Source: Nostoc sp.
GTDB lineage: Bacteria > Cyanobacteriota > Cyanobacteriia > Cyanobacteriales > Nostocaceae
Direction: 5' to 3'
NCBI GenBank assembly: GCA_036918135.1
Contig: JBALDB010000002.1
Span: forward strand, 96,001 to 160,000
Length of the DNA stretch: 64,000 nucleotides
Below, in pieces: positions 19,148 to 29,995 of the stretch. The translations under genes were made by a program, and so were the position numbers. Position 1 is the first letter of the stretch, and each line of letters opens with the position of its first letter. Under the pieces are notes generated by a model. That model ran no database searches. It had not been told where the DNA came from and saw nothing but the letters and a program-made list of their open reading frames with translations.

Positions 19148-20020
19148 ATGAAACTTACCATAAACAAAAAGTATATTAATAATAAACTAATAAAAACTAC
19201 AAGTTTTATTATTACAGTAATTTTGATAATTTTTGTTTTGGTAGCTAGTCATGAAATTACCCATCATACTATGGGTAAAACTGCTCAACCATTAAACGGA
19301 TGTTTGAGTACTGAATCATTACCTTGTACAGGTGTCTCAAAAGACGTAACACCACAACCATTTATTCCCGATCCAAAATTAAATGACCAACAGCGTTTTT
19401 TAGCTGCGATCGCCAGAAAATTACCGACAATTCCCCAGCCCAATAGTTATGAATATATTTTGTTACGAAGTTATGGTGCAATCTTCGTCAATCCAGATAT
19501 AGGAATAAAATTGCCGCCAAAAGATATCTTTGCTAACGAACAAGAAACACAAGGGTTTCAATCTAACCTGACAATGGGTCATGTTGATGGAACTAAAGAT
19601 TGTTATTTACAAAAATCAGCAGCAGACGCTTTAAATAAAGCGCGAAATCTCCGAAAATTTCCCCTGAAATCTGGTTATGGTTCTGGTGATTGTACGCGTA
19701 CTTTCGATACAAATTTAAGATTTTGGCACAAATATACAAATAATCAAACTTTGGCAAAAGTTCAACAGGGGAAAGAAACAAAAATTCTCGGTTTAGTTGC
19801 ACCTCCTGGAACTTCACAACATCTTTGGGGATTAGCAATTGATTTACGCGTATCCACTCAAGAACAGAGAAAAGCTCTCAATCAAAATGGCTGGTTTCAA
19901 ACTGTAGAAAATGATGTTCCACATTGGACATATATAGGTTTATCTGAGGATAAATTACCTCTATTTGGTTTGAAAAATAAAATTGTCAAGGGTATTAGTT
20001 ATTGGGTGACACCACTTTAA
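19148..20020 (+). CDS. D-alanyl-D-alanine carboxypeptidase (M15B/VanY family)
   Basis: N-terminal TM; APPGTSQHLWGLAID and D.PHW zinc motifs. Confidence 0.85.
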   Translation: MKLTINKKYINNKLIKTTSFIITVILIIFVLVASHEITHHTMGKTAQPLNGCLSTESLPCTGVSKDVTPQPFIPDPKLNDQQRFLAAIARKLPTIPQPNSYEYILLRSYGAIFVNPDIGIKLPPKDIFANEQETQGFQSNLTMGHVDGTKDCYLQKSAADALNKARNLRKFPLKSGYGSGDCTRTFDTNLRFWHKYTNNQTLAKVQQGKETKILGLVAPPGTSQHLWGLAIDLRVSTQEQRKALNQNGWFQTVENDVPHWTYIGLSEDKLPLFGLKNKIVKGISYWVTPL

Positions 20021-20097
20021 GTTAAAGAATTCTTCTGTTATAAACTATACAAAATTGGGAATACTAACCCCAAAGGTGTATTGTGAGGAATTGACTT

Positions 20098-21600
20098 ATG
20101 CTAAATGAAGCTGCTAACGAGGAGCAAATCTTTCTGATTGAGTTATTAAGAGCAATATATCAAAATCAGGAAGTATATCCAATTCTGCAACATAATTTGA
20201 GTAAATTAAATGATAATTTGGCTTTAATATTACGAAAATGGGTAAGCGATCGCTTTGCTAAAGAACCAGCTAACGCTATTAATATAGCCAGAGTCATTGT
20301 CAAACTGAGTACAATGATGCAAAGCTTTGAACAAGGTAATCCTGGGAGTAATTTAGAAATTGCGATCGCTGGTTACGAAGCAGTTTTACAGATTTATACC
20401 CGTGAAGCTTTTCCTAAAGAATCGAATATCGTCCAGCAAGCTTTAGTAACAGCTTATCAGCAACGCCAACATCTCCTCTCCAAAACCCTGAGCGAACTCC
20501 AGCAGCAGACTGTCCAAACTCAGACTCAAATTAAGACGTTAACTGAGGAATTACAAGAAGAACTACAGCAAGCAAAGTTACAATTCAATGACTTAAACAC
20601 AGTAGTTACCCACTTAAAACAGCAAGCAAATAGTTCTGATTCAACATTTTTAGTAACTGAGTTTCCAGAATTGGAAAAACACCACATTCCTTTACAGCAG
20701 TTCGCTAGTACGGGAAATGGTTTACCGAAAATTGAGCAGTTTAATACAGCTATTTTTTATGATATTGAAAATTTAACAATGGGCAGAACCGATCCTAATT
20801 TAAATTTTTCTTTAAAAAAAATTCAAACTGATATCGAAAAAGTTTGCCTAGTTAATAAAATTGCTATTCAATGTGCTTATGCTGACTGGAGCGATACGCG
20901 GTTAAGGCTGCTCAAGAATGATATTCAAGAATTGGGAATTGAAACAGTCCAAATTTTTGATTATAGTCATAAACGGAATGCAGCAGACATTCAACTAGCA
21001 ATTGATGTCATGGAATTAGCTCAGAGCCGTTCTATACTGGAAGTTTTTGTTATTGTATCAGGTGATGGTGCGTTTGCTGCTTTAGCTAAAAAGCTCCATG
21101 AATATGGAAAATCTGTAATTGGATGTGCTTACGAAGGACAAGTAAATCGTGTCCTCAAATCTGTTTGCGATCGCTTTCTACCTATACCTGTTACCCAAGC
21201 AAAAATAGAAGATATTCAAGTTACTGAACTAACTCAAGATGGTTTATTAAATGATGAAATATTTCTCATAACTCAGAAAATTTTGCAAGAATTGCAGCAA
21301 AATAGCGAACAAGCTAGTCAACTTCAAAAAGGTGGTATTCCCATGTCTCAAGTTATTCAAATTTTGAGAAATAAGATACCAAAATTTGACCAAAAGCGAG
21401 AAAAATACAGTAGTAATTTTACTCTTTTTTTAAAGATAATTATTGAAAAAACAGATACTAGTTTATATATTGAAAATAATAAGTTGATTTTAAGAAAAAT
21501 GTTAACTACAAGCTCTAATGGCTCATCAAAGAAACCTCTAAAAGGTCTAACTACCTCTAGCAGTAACTTAAAAGAAATTACTGTAACAGCTCAACCTTAA
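20098..21600 (+). CDS. NYN (LabA/DUF88) domain protein with TPR-like N-terminus and coiled coil
   Basis: FYDIEN, AYADW, KRNAADIQLAIDV and IVSGDG NYN motifs; NLEIAIAGYEAVLQIYTREAFP N-terminal motif. Confidence 0.85.
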   Translation: MLNEAANEEQIFLIELLRAIYQNQEVYPILQHNLSKLNDNLALILRKWVSDRFAKEPANAINIARVIVKLSTMMQSFEQGNPGSNLEIAIAGYEAVLQIYTREAFPKESNIVQQALVTAYQQRQHLLSKTLSELQQQTVQTQTQIKTLTEELQEELQQAKLQFNDLNTVVTHLKQQANSSDSTFLVTEFPELEKHHIPLQQFASTGNGLPKIEQFNTAIFYDIENLTMGRTDPNLNFSLKKIQTDIEKVCLVNKIAIQCAYADWSDTRLRLLKNDIQELGIETVQIFDYSHKRNAADIQLAIDVMELAQSRSILEVFVIVSGDGAFAALAKKLHEYGKSVIGCAYEGQVNRVLKSVCDRFLPIPVTQAKIEDIQVTELTQDGLLNDEIFLITQKILQELQQNSEQASQLQKGGIPMSQVIQILRNKIPKFDQKREKYSSNFTLFLKIIIEKTDTSLYIENNKLILRKMLTTSSNGSSKKPLKGLTTSSSNLKEITVTAQP

Positions 21601-21813
21601 CTAGGTTTACACAAATATATTGAAGTGTACTCCGTATGCGAGAGGAATTACTTGTGATAATCACTTAATTCAGTTGCTCTAAAAAGTCCTGAAATTATTC
21701 GTTATTGGTTTTGTCTAACGTTGTATCTTGTTTAATCAGACAAAGGACTATTCGCCTGCGATAATAATTATTACAATAAAATAGTCACACACCCAACCTC
21801 TGGAGTTCTGGCA

Positions 21814-22389
21814 GTGGGTTTATTTGATGATTTGAGTCGGTTTCTAGAAAACCGTTTAGAAGAATTCTTGCGTAACAATCCACATTTGGAGTTAGAGGCG
21901 CTGCTAGAACAGCTGCGTGAGCAAGAGGAAGATACATTAAAGCTGATTGCAGATTTACAATTACAAGAGAAGCGATCGCAAGACGATATTCTGGCTACCG
22001 CTCAAGAAATTCAGCGTTGGCACATCCGCGTTCAAAAAGCCAAAGACGCTGGTAGACAAGATTTGGCAAATGCGGCCAGCGAACGAGAAGCAGCCTTGTT
22101 GCGAGAAGGAAATCAGCGCTGGGGACACATGCAAGGGCTGAAAGAACGCATTAATCAATCTCAGGAACTCCTGCGGAAAATTCAGCAGCGACGACAGGAG
22201 GTACAAGCTAAAGCCGCCGAAGCACAGATAACTCGTGCTAAAGCCCAAACCCAGCAGCGCTTAGAAACTAATGGTTGGTCAAATCAAACTAGCAATTATT
22301 CTAGTAGTTTTGACGATTTAGAAGAAAAATTCCGCCGTTGGGAAACACAAGACGAATTAGAACAAATGAAGCGGAATATGGGAAAATAA
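21814..22389 (+). CDS. TIGR04376 family PspA-like coiled-coil protein
   Basis: MGLFDDLSRFLENRLEEFLRNNPHLEL start; LEEKFRRWE..DELEQMK end. Confidence 0.85.
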   Translation: MGLFDDLSRFLENRLEEFLRNNPHLELEALLEQLREQEEDTLKLIADLQLQEKRSQDDILATAQEIQRWHIRVQKAKDAGRQDLANAASEREAALLREGNQRWGHMQGLKERINQSQELLRKIQQRRQEVQAKAAEAQITRAKAQTQQRLETNGWSNQTSNYSSSFDDLEEKFRRWETQDELEQMKRNMGK

Positions 22390-22589
22390 TTCCCATATTA
22401 TACAGTATTAAGGATGAAAGTTAAACATTATCATTTCATCCTTCATATTTCTTATTTTATTGATTATTTGTATTGTTAATTACAGGTTTATACTAATTTA
22501 ATGTGAAGCTGCATAGAAAAGAGCTTCTAGAATAAAGTTATCACAAGAGATAGATATTACCTGCTCAAGTGCAAGTTGATCGAATATTT

Positions 22590-22810
22590 CATGGATACGA
22601 TCGCTATTCAATTTTGGATACTCATAAAGGAAGTGGTTTCCATTCATTAGTTCAATTGCACCATAAATCCAAAAATTTTCCCGCAGCCATTTCACCTCAA
22701 CAGTAAGCTTGACTGCATCCGTCTGTAATCTACTTTTCCTGTGAGAATTTTCAGCCCCACCCTCGTTTCATCCTGGCACAGGTAGCGAACATACTTGCCG
22801 GGTGCTAGAT
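22590..22810 (-). mobile_element. IS630-family transposase remnant
   Basis: Frameshifted translation VRYLCQDETRVGLKILTGKV/..VKWLRENFWIYGAIELMNGNHFLYEYPKLN resembles the first DDE-acid region of cyanobacterial IS630 transposases. Confidence 0.75.
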
Positions 22811-22816
22811 GTTCTT

Positions 22817-24268
22817 CTAGACAGTTAAGAATGATTCCGAGTTTTTTAAAGTCGCAATTATCTGACTAAACTCAGAAGCTGACACGTGATTTTTCATTAT
22901 CTCCTCAAAATTCGGCTTTCCTACTAAAGCCTGAGTTAGCATTCCAATTAAGGGACTATAATCAATCAAGGAGATATTCTCTACCTCCATATACTTACGA
23001 TCTATACCCCATTTGAGAATCTGTAAAATTCTTAAAGGATCGGCATCAATAAAAGATACCTTAGCAATTTCTTTAATGCACTCGGTTAAAACGCTCTTTA
23101 AATTATCCTCAGATAGATCGATATTACTGATGAGAAAATTTAACTTGCTTTCAACTAGTTCCTCTCTCACTGGTGTAAGCGCAGAGATAATTATGTCCCC
23201 CGAAGCATCGATAAATTTGGAAGGAGTCTCTAAAGCATTAATTAGAAAATTCATGTCCATAGGATCGCTCCAGTCTAACTGCCCCCTAAAAAAAGGCTCA
23301 GTATATCCTTGAGGCTTTCCCTTAAAATATAAAGGTAGTTTCTTTTTAGATTCTTTAATTTTCCATAAGGCTACTTCTAAAGACTCTGTAGGCCACCCTA
23401 AATTTCTGACAATTAAAAACCTTAGTTCGTCCTTTTGAGAAAAGACCAAAGAATTTAACATTAAAAAGACTGCCTCTTCAGCTGTCTGAGCAGTAACGTA
23501 CCTCCCCGGACTATGGACACCTACAGGCTTATCTTCATCAATGCTTTTCTGCAATTCCTGCTCCATTAAACTATTATCTAAAATATGAGTGAATCTCACC
23601 ATACTATAGGTAGTTTTTCCTTGCTTGGCTGCTAAATAAAATAACCATTCGGCAAACTTCTTGCTTCCAGCATAAACTTCATTAGTAAAATATCGGCTTG
23701 CCTTTCCTGTAGAAGAAAATACACACTGCTCTACACCAAATTCTTGGCAAAAACTAATGATATTCTGAGAGCCAAAAATATTAGTTGTAATAGTCCTGCG
23801 AATCTCCTTCTCGGCTAGTCCAGGATTTCTCTGTCCAGCTGTGTGAAACACTATATTAGGCATTTCTTTCTGAAAAACACTTCTAAGTGTCTTGCAATCC
23901 CTTATATCTAAAGAATATCTCTTTACCTCAAAATCCTCAGATTTGCAAACTCCTGAAGAGTCTACAATAATTATCCTTTTACAACATCCAAATTTTAAAA
24001 GCTTTTTAACTAGAAGAGAGCCTATACAGCCTTCCCCGGTTATCAAAATAATTTTACCTAGTAACTTGGCTTTTATTTCATCTTCATATAAATGGATTTT
24101 TCGATTCCTCGTTTCTTTCAAAGGATCTTCTAATAACCTATTCTTTTGATTCAATCCATCAATTAAATTACTCGTTAAGTTTTTAAGAGCTTCGGAGTAC
24201 TTTTCTGGAGATTCAGATAGTTTCCAGATGGTATTGATAACATCTTCGTGAGGTCTCATTTTTCCCAC
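22817..24268 (-). CDS. Polysaccharide biosynthesis protein (CapD-like NDP-sugar dehydratase/epimerase)
   Basis: Rossmann ILITGEGCIGS, VFHTAGQR, TNIFGSQN, SSTGKA, YAGSKK and VRF motifs. Confidence 0.75.
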   Translation of the reverse strand: MGKMRPHEDVINTIWKLSESPEKYSEALKNLTSNLIDGLNQKNRLLEDPLKETRNRKIHLYEDEIKAKLLGKIILITGEGCIGSLLVKKLLKFGCCKRIIIVDSSGVCKSEDFEVKRYSLDIRDCKTLRSVFQKEMPNIVFHTAGQRNPGLAEKEIRRTITTNIFGSQNIISFCQEFGVEQCVFSSTGKASRYFTNEVYAGSKKFAEWLFYLAAKQGKTTYSMVRFTHILDNSLMEQELQKSIDEDKPVGVHSPGRYVTAQTAEEAVFLMLNSLVFSQKDELRFLIVRNLGWPTESLEVALWKIKESKKKLPLYFKGKPQGYTEPFFRGQLDWSDPMDMNFLINALETPSKFIDASGDIIISALTPVREELVESKLNFLISNIDLSEDNLKSVLTECIKEIAKVSFIDADPLRILQILKWGIDRKYMEVENISLIDYSPLIGMLTQALVGKPNFEEIMKNHVSASEFSQIIATLKNSESFLTV

Positions 24269-24533
24269 AGGGTAACAACTTACTAATAAATTTTTAATCG
24301 TAATGGGTTAATTTGACTTACCCATATGTATGCAAAGATATTCACATCAAGTATGATTCATCCGCTCTCAGATGCCTCACTTTTGCCACTGACGATAACA
24401 GCTGTAAACGATTGCAATAGACGTAATATCTATATGTATCTTATTCTTCTGTCTTCAATCTAACTATTCATTTTTAGATTTACTTTATAAATAATCTTTA
24501 ACTCTTACTACAGATAAGGTGTATTGGGAAAAG

Positions 24534-25307
24534 TTACCAAACTTTCCAAGGTGCCTTGCCGGATTTCCAAAGGTTTTCTAAATAAGTTTTATCTTGAACA
24601 GTATCCATAGGTCTCCAGAAACCAGTATGCTTATATGCGTTAACTTCTCCAAGAGAAGCTAGTTCTTCAATAGGTTCTTGTTCCCATACAGTAAAATCAT
24701 CTTTAATAAAATTAATAACTTCTGGTTCTAGAACAAAAAAGCCACCATTAACAAAAATATTATCGCTGTCAGATTTTTCTTTAAAACTTGTGACTTTGTT
24801 TTCTTGTTGACAAAGCGAGATGGCACCAAATCTACCTGGAGGCTTAACAACAGTAACTGTAGCCTTTCTATTTGATTCTTTATGATGATTTAATAACTTA
24901 TCAATTTGTACATCTCCAACTCCGTCCCCATAGGTAAAACAAAAAGTGGAATCTTGTACATATTTCTTAATCCTTTTAAGTCTACCACCAGTCATAGTGT
25001 TCAAACCAGTATCAACTAAGGTGACTTTCCAGGGTTCTGCATATTTGTGATGTACTTCTACTTCATTATTCCTCATATCTAAGGTTACATCTGATGTTCT
25101 TAAGAAGTAGTTAATGAAGTAGTCTTTAATACAGTAACCTTTGTAACCGCAGCATATTATGAAATCGTTGATATTATAGCTGCTATAGATTTTCATAATA
25201 TGCCAAAGAATTGGATATTCCCCAATTTCTATCATGGGTTTAGGCTTTAGAGATGTTTCCTCTGCTATTCTTGTTCCTAATCCACCCGCTAGTATTACTG
25301 CCTTCAT
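24534..25307 (-). CDS. rfbF: Glucose-1-phosphate cytidylyltransferase
   Basis: MKAVILAGGLGTRI.EET..KPKPMIEIG, TMTGGRLKR, TYGDG and GKAPWKVW motifs. Confidence 0.95.
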   Translation of the reverse strand: MKAVILAGGLGTRIAEETSLKPKPMIEIGEYPILWHIMKIYSSYNINDFIICCGYKGYCIKDYFINYFLRTSDVTLDMRNNEVEVHHKYAEPWKVTLVDTGLNTMTGGRLKRIKKYVQDSTFCFTYGDGVGDVQIDKLLNHHKESNRKATVTVVKPPGRFGAISLCQQENKVTSFKEKSDSDNIFVNGGFFVLEPEVINFIKDDFTVWEQEPIEELASLGEVNAYKHTGFWRPMDTVQDKTYLENLWKSGKAPWKVW

Positions 25308-25398
25308 CTTCTAAACTCCTAACTGATATAAAGGATACAGCGTACGAGTAAGCATTTAGGCGGGGGAAAGTAGTTGAGATGGCATATCCGCCTAATGA

Positions 25399-25426
25399 TA
25401 ATGAACACAGTTATCTGTGTTCATTA
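25399..25426. promoter_or_regulatory. Perfect 12-bp-arm palindrome upstream of rfbF
   Basis: taatgaacacag-ttat-ctgtgttcatta. Confidence 0.45.
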
Positions 25427-25697
25427 CCTTCAAGTAGTTACTTTAAAGCTATTCAGTTGCTTTCTATACGAGTATTTTTACTGAAAAATATTAATTATAT
25501 GTAAATTTATTTTTCAAGCAATTCAGGACTTACGCACAAAGGTTGGCTGTTGAGACTAGGTGTGAGGAGGTAAGGGTATGGGGGTGTAAGGGTTTTGTCC
25601 ATTAGCCATAGTATTCTTATTTGAATTGAAAAAATCGTAAAGCTTAGAAGCCCGATTTCTATAATAAATCGGGCTTTTAGTTGTTGACGAGCAAGTC

Positions 25698-25815
25698 ATA
25701 TCATCTGTGCTCAAATAACCGTCATTGTGACCGTAGGGAAGCAATCCCGAAAATGTTGTGATTGCGTCGTTTCACTTGCAATGACATATTACGAGTGATT
25801 TGTCAGACATCATAT
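25698..25815. mobile_element. Degenerate MITE (ATATCATGTC-type ends) with REP-like interior
   Basis: atatcatctg ... cagacatcatat ends; interior gtcattg..gaagcaatc..gattgc..gcaatgac. Confidence 0.5.
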
Positions 25816-26102
25816 CAATTAGAGAAATTGTATTGAATTTACTAATTAGAATTTATTTTGATGATAAATTTTAGGAAAGCCAAGTTTTACCTTTTCTTTG
25901 TACTACTCCTATTTCATCGTCAGAATACCTAAACTTATTTGAGTAACCACCAAGGAGGAGAAGATATAGGAAATTTTGTAGTGGGAAAAGAGCAAGTGCA
26001 ATTGCAATCACTTTTCTCTAGCAGTTGTAAATAATTTGTTAAATATACTGCTTCCTGCTGTTACCCCAGTATTTCCTACATGTTCTCATTGAGAACTGAG
26101 GC

Positions 26103-26675
26103 ATGGAAAATAATATGTTTATAGAATTTTTAGCTAGCCTGCAACGATTATTTGTTAGTTACATTCCAGCCGCCGTATTGGGTAGTTTCATTGGATATTT
26201 CATCAGTATGAATAGCATGATTTATCAGCTACTCAGGCGGATATTTCAGATTCCACATAGTATCCCTCCTATAGCTTTGCTACCTATTACCCTAATAGTG
26301 TTTAGAGAAAGTGAAGCCGCTGCTATTGTTGTAATTTTTTTTGGAACTCTCTGGACAATAATCATTAATACAGCAATAGGTATGCAACATTTTCATAGAC
26401 AGAACAAGAACTTTAGAGTAGCTATATTTCATATATTTCATGCTCTAAAAGTTGGGATTTGGGTAGCCTGGTTTACAGTTATTGCGACAGAAATGTTGAC
26501 AGGGCCAAAAGGACTTGGCTTTCTTCTCTGGGATAGTTATAAAACTGGTAATATCGATTCGGTAATAGAAGCAATACTATACATTGGTATTATTGGCTTT
26601 TTGTTGGATCAGTTGCTAGATTTTACAGCACATATTCTCTCACAAATGGTTTCAGATGGTAAAAAACCTTCCTAA
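26103..26675 (+). CDS. ABC transporter permease (NrtB/TauC/SsuC-like), short and orphan
   Basis: IPPIALLP, IIINTAIG, AW..VIATEML and GLGFLLWD motifs. Confidence 0.8.
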   Translation: MENNMFIEFLASLQRLFVSYIPAAVLGSFIGYFISMNSMIYQLLRRIFQIPHSIPPIALLPITLIVFRESEAAAIVVIFFGTLWTIIINTAIGMQHFHRQNKNFRVAIFHIFHALKVGIWVAWFTVIATEMLTGPKGLGFLLWDSYKTGNIDSVIEAILYIGIIGFLLDQLLDFTAHILSQMVSDGKKPS

Positions 26676-26732
26676 ATTGGGATGCTCCCTTCAATACAGC
26701 CCAATGATAGGTACAAGTTAATTAGCTAAGTT

Positions 26733-27518
26733 TTAAAGATGTAGTAGTTCCAGTGTCAGCGCTGAAAAATCTCCGCCTTCCTCATAACTGATTAGCAATT
26801 GTTGTACGGTCTTAGGGTCAACCAACCAATTTGCTGCAAGAATGAAGGAATTGTCAACACTCACTCGATCTGAACAAATCACAGAAACCCCGTCAGGTAA
26901 AAAGAAAGTTTTATCTGTTTGTGAGCAAAAATGTAGCCCAGTAGGTACAGGCGCAGAAATTTTTAAATCTGGAGTTATTGTAACAGCGGTTCCCTGGTAC
27001 TTGCTGTGAAAATTTCGTTCGGGCAACTGATTAAGTTGCGTTGACCAGTATTGACTAGGAAAGCCATCAGCATCTTCACGAATATTAGCTGTTCGGAACA
27101 GACTACCATACTCATCGTAAACAATGCCCACACTATGTCGTAATTGGTTATGGATAAAAAATAACTCTACTGCAAAATAAGAGCCTGTTGTTAACTTTGT
27201 TGTCAACCAAGCCGCATGACCAGAACCAAAGAAAACTCCCCTCATCGACTGATTTTGTGGATGAAACAGTCCATCATCTAAGCTATTCGAGAGTTCATTG
27301 AATTCCCAACTTTGTTCCTCTGTTCTGCCATCATCATATATGTAGCGATTCGTCTGAACAATTTCAGTCTTTTGTGGATTGCTACAAAAGTTTCGTTGAC
27401 TCTTAAATGAATCTGTAACCTCTCCTTGTGGAGAATATTTTGTCCAGATCCCATGCCAATTCCGCAGATGGTGAAGGGTGAAATTCTGCCAGTTTTGCTC
27501 TTTTAAATCTATAGACAT
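26733..27518 (-). CDS. DUF3598 family protein
   Basis: QNW.NF...HLRNWHGIWT.YSPQG start; ELFF...R.SVGIVYD..G motif. Confidence 0.75.
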   Translation of the reverse strand: MSIDLKEQNWQNFTLHHLRNWHGIWTKYSPQGEVTDSFKSQRNFCSNPQKTEIVQTNRYIYDDGRTEEQSWEFNELSNSLDDGLFHPQNQSMRGVFFGSGHAAWLTTKLTTGSYFAVELFFIHNQLRHSVGIVYDEYGSLFRTANIREDADGFPSQYWSTQLNQLPERNFHSKYQGTAVTITPDLKISAPVPTGLHFCSQTDKTFFLPDGVSVICSDRVSVDNSFILAANWLVDPKTVQQLLISYEEGGDFSALTLELLHL

Positions 27519-28107
27519 AAAATCTAGCTAATTTTTACAGTCGATTAACAGTATTGTTTCACATCAAATTACATATTGTGAAGCAATACCGTTGCGAATT
27601 TACGAGGGTTCAACGCCTCAAGAAACGGGATGATAAGGTGTTTGAAAAGTATTATTAAGCAAAGCTTCTAGGCACTTATATAAAAGTCCAGCTATTTGTC
27701 ATTGGCAGTATACATGATTGAGATAGCACTTAGTCAGGCCAGAGCAACTAGCTAGAAATACAACTTGTAGATGACTGGCATTGCTCTGTTTTGCGATCGC
27801 TTTTGCCACGTAAATTTTTGCAACACAACCGTGGTAATGTTTACTTGACTTTTATCGAGGAAGGCAGGATAGCGCAGCGTTAGCGAGTCCGCGAGCGTCG
27901 GCAGTGGGCAGGAAGGAAGAGGGTTTTAGCCTAGTTAATTTTTCTTCGCATAGTTTAGTTTTATTGTATCGGCTTACTTAATTACGAATTATGAATTAGT
28001 ATTAGTTGGTCTTCTCGAATATTGATATCAATTTGTTAACTATTATGGGGTAGCACAGCTAACAGTACTACCCCACCAAAAACTTCTATTTCACAAAATT
28101 GAAATAT

Positions 28108-28470
28108 TCAACGCGATTCTATTTTAGAAACTCGCTCCTCTAATTTATTGACTTGTTGTTTCAATTCAATCACCAAAGTTGCAAGCCGATCGAACATAGA
28201 ACCTTGCTGTGATAAATTCTGCCTAGAACCCGTTGACTGTCGTGGAGTAAGTGTTGTTCTTGGGGATGGAGACTTGCCGGTTCGATTTAATTGAGATTCT
28301 AGCTGGTTTAACCGCGACTCAACACGATTTAAGTCTGCTTCTAAGTTGTTAAGACGGGATTCAACTTGCTGCGATGAAGCAGTATTGGAAAATAACCCAC
28401 CCCAGATTATCACTACTAAAATCCCGGCAAGTATTAGCACCTTAATTTTATTCATCTTAATATCTTGCAC
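28108..28470 (-). CDS. Hypothetical exported coiled-coil protein
   Basis: Signal/TM segment then two coiled coils (MFDRLATLVIELK). Confidence 0.7.
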   Translation of the reverse strand: MQDIKMNKIKVLILAGILVVIIWGGLFSNTASSQQVESRLNNLEADLNRVESRLNQLESQLNRTGKSPSPRTTLTPRQSTGSRQNLSQQGSMFDRLATLVIELKQQVNKLEERVSKIESR

Positions 28471-28510
28471 TATCTCAATAACTGCGATCGCAAGTCATAA
28501 TTCTGACTTC

Positions 28511-29995
28511 TTATTTATCGTGTTCTAAATTAGAAAATAGCCTCTGCCAATCGATAGAGTTAACAGTATTATGTCCCTCTTTCACCTCGAACGTGACATT
28601 AGATGCTTTTGCTATTTTTAGCACTTGCACGCAAAGTTCTGCGATATCCTCACGGCTGATTTTACCTTTAATATTATCACCTTGCTCGAATATTAATTCT
28701 TTGCCTCCTGATTCCTCAGTTAAAGCACAAGGTCGAACAATTGTATAAGAAATTCCGCTTGCTCTTAAACTATCTTCTCCTTTCAATTTCCAAGTCAAAA
28801 TTCCTCCCAATTGGTCATTTAATTTCACTGCTGGGGGTTCTTCATCTAAATTAATCCCAGGGCGTCCGGGACGAGTTACGCCTGCTGAACTGACAAGGAT
28901 AAATTGGGGTAAATTTACACTGCCATAGGCTTTAATTGATTCCAACTGTAAAGCAAAACTACCTGGAGAAAATTTGGGATTTAATCCGCCATCATATTCA
29001 AATTTGCTTAACATCAGTTGGAATGAATAAATTGTACTCTGCTCAATTGGTGGCGCATCATTGACAACTTTTGCCCGAAATACAGGAATCAAATCTTTAA
29101 AGGAAATGTGAATATCTACCCAGGTATTAGCTACAGTATCAAAAGAATAACTATAGCCAATGCCATCCCATTTTGTATCTGTTCGTAGGAAAATTTTATA
29201 ACGCTGACCGTCACCTTTAACGCGCAATTTTACACCTTCATAACCTGATAAGTTAAATGGTGGATCGAAATTCTTAGTTCTCACAGAAGCAAATCCGCCA
29301 GAGTTCGCAGTGGAAACATTGCCAGTAAACAAAGCTGCATTTTCTACTAATTGGATATTACTGGCACTCACACCACCCATAACTACATCATCTAACGCTC
29401 CCCAAATCTCTTTTAATTCTGCTGATAGTTTTGTAAAGTCAAATATTTGTTTTTCGTTTGCTTGGGGTAGATATTTTGCTGCGGCTTCGACTAAGTTTTT
29501 AACGCCTAGATATTCCACATTTTCTGGGGTGTCGCCGATAATTTCTGGCTGGTAAAATTTAACACCTTGGTAATATTTAGCTCTCTCTGGTGTGTCTCCC
29601 TCTACTGGTTGCACGCGCACTGCTGTACAACAAATTACAGCTTCGATATTAGCCATAACTACAGCAGTTAAAGTTTCTGGTTTGGTTATATCTGCAACTA
29701 TTAAGTCAACATCACTACCAAGAATTGACCGTGCTTTGTCAATGTCTCTCACCAGTGCCCGAACTTTATAACCCCGTTCGAGCGATCGCTTTACCACTCG
29801 CTTACCTACACCACCTGTGGCACCTGCTACTAATATTACACCCACGTTTCTTCCTCCATTGGGTTTATCTTGATTATCCTGAGGACGGCCTTGGATTAAT
29901 TGCTGTACCCAGTTAAGGAAAGGAATTACCTCAAAGTAAGTCAGGGTTTCGATAAACCTGCCTAAGTCCCATTGAGAACGATTTTTGTCACTCAT
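28511..29995 (-). CDS. CIA30 family / NAD(P)H-binding protein
   Basis: VAGATGGVG Rossmann fold interrupted by a CIA30 domain (WGALDDVVMGGVS, SGGFASVR, KGDGQRYK). Confidence 0.9.
   Translation of the reverse strand: MSDKNRSQWDLGRFIETLTYFEVIPFLNWVQQLIQGRPQDNQDKPNGGRNVGVILVAGATGGVGKRVVKRSLERGYKVRALVRDIDKARSILGSDVDLIVADITKPETLTAVVMANIEAVICCTAVRVQPVEGDTPERAKYYQGVKFYQPEIIGDTPENVEYLGVKNLVEAAAKYLPQANEKQIFDFTKLSAELKEIWGALDDVVMGGVSASNIQLVENAALFTGNVSTANSGGFASVRTKNFDPPFNLSGYEGVKLRVKGDGQRYKIFLRTDTKWDGIGYSYSFDTVANTWVDIHISFKDLIPVFRAKVVNDAPPIEQSTIYSFQLMLSKFEYDGGLNPKFSPGSFALQLESIKAYGSVNLPQFILVSSAGVTRPGRPGINLDEEPPAVKLNDQLGGILTWKLKGEDSLRASGISYTIVRPCALTEESGGKELIFEQGDNIKGKISREDIAELCVQVLKIAKASNVTFEVKEGHNTVNSIDWQRLFSNLEHDK

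Noticed and set aside
22498..22695. 65-aa ORF as a real gene
   Set aside because: It is one frame of the IS630 remnant
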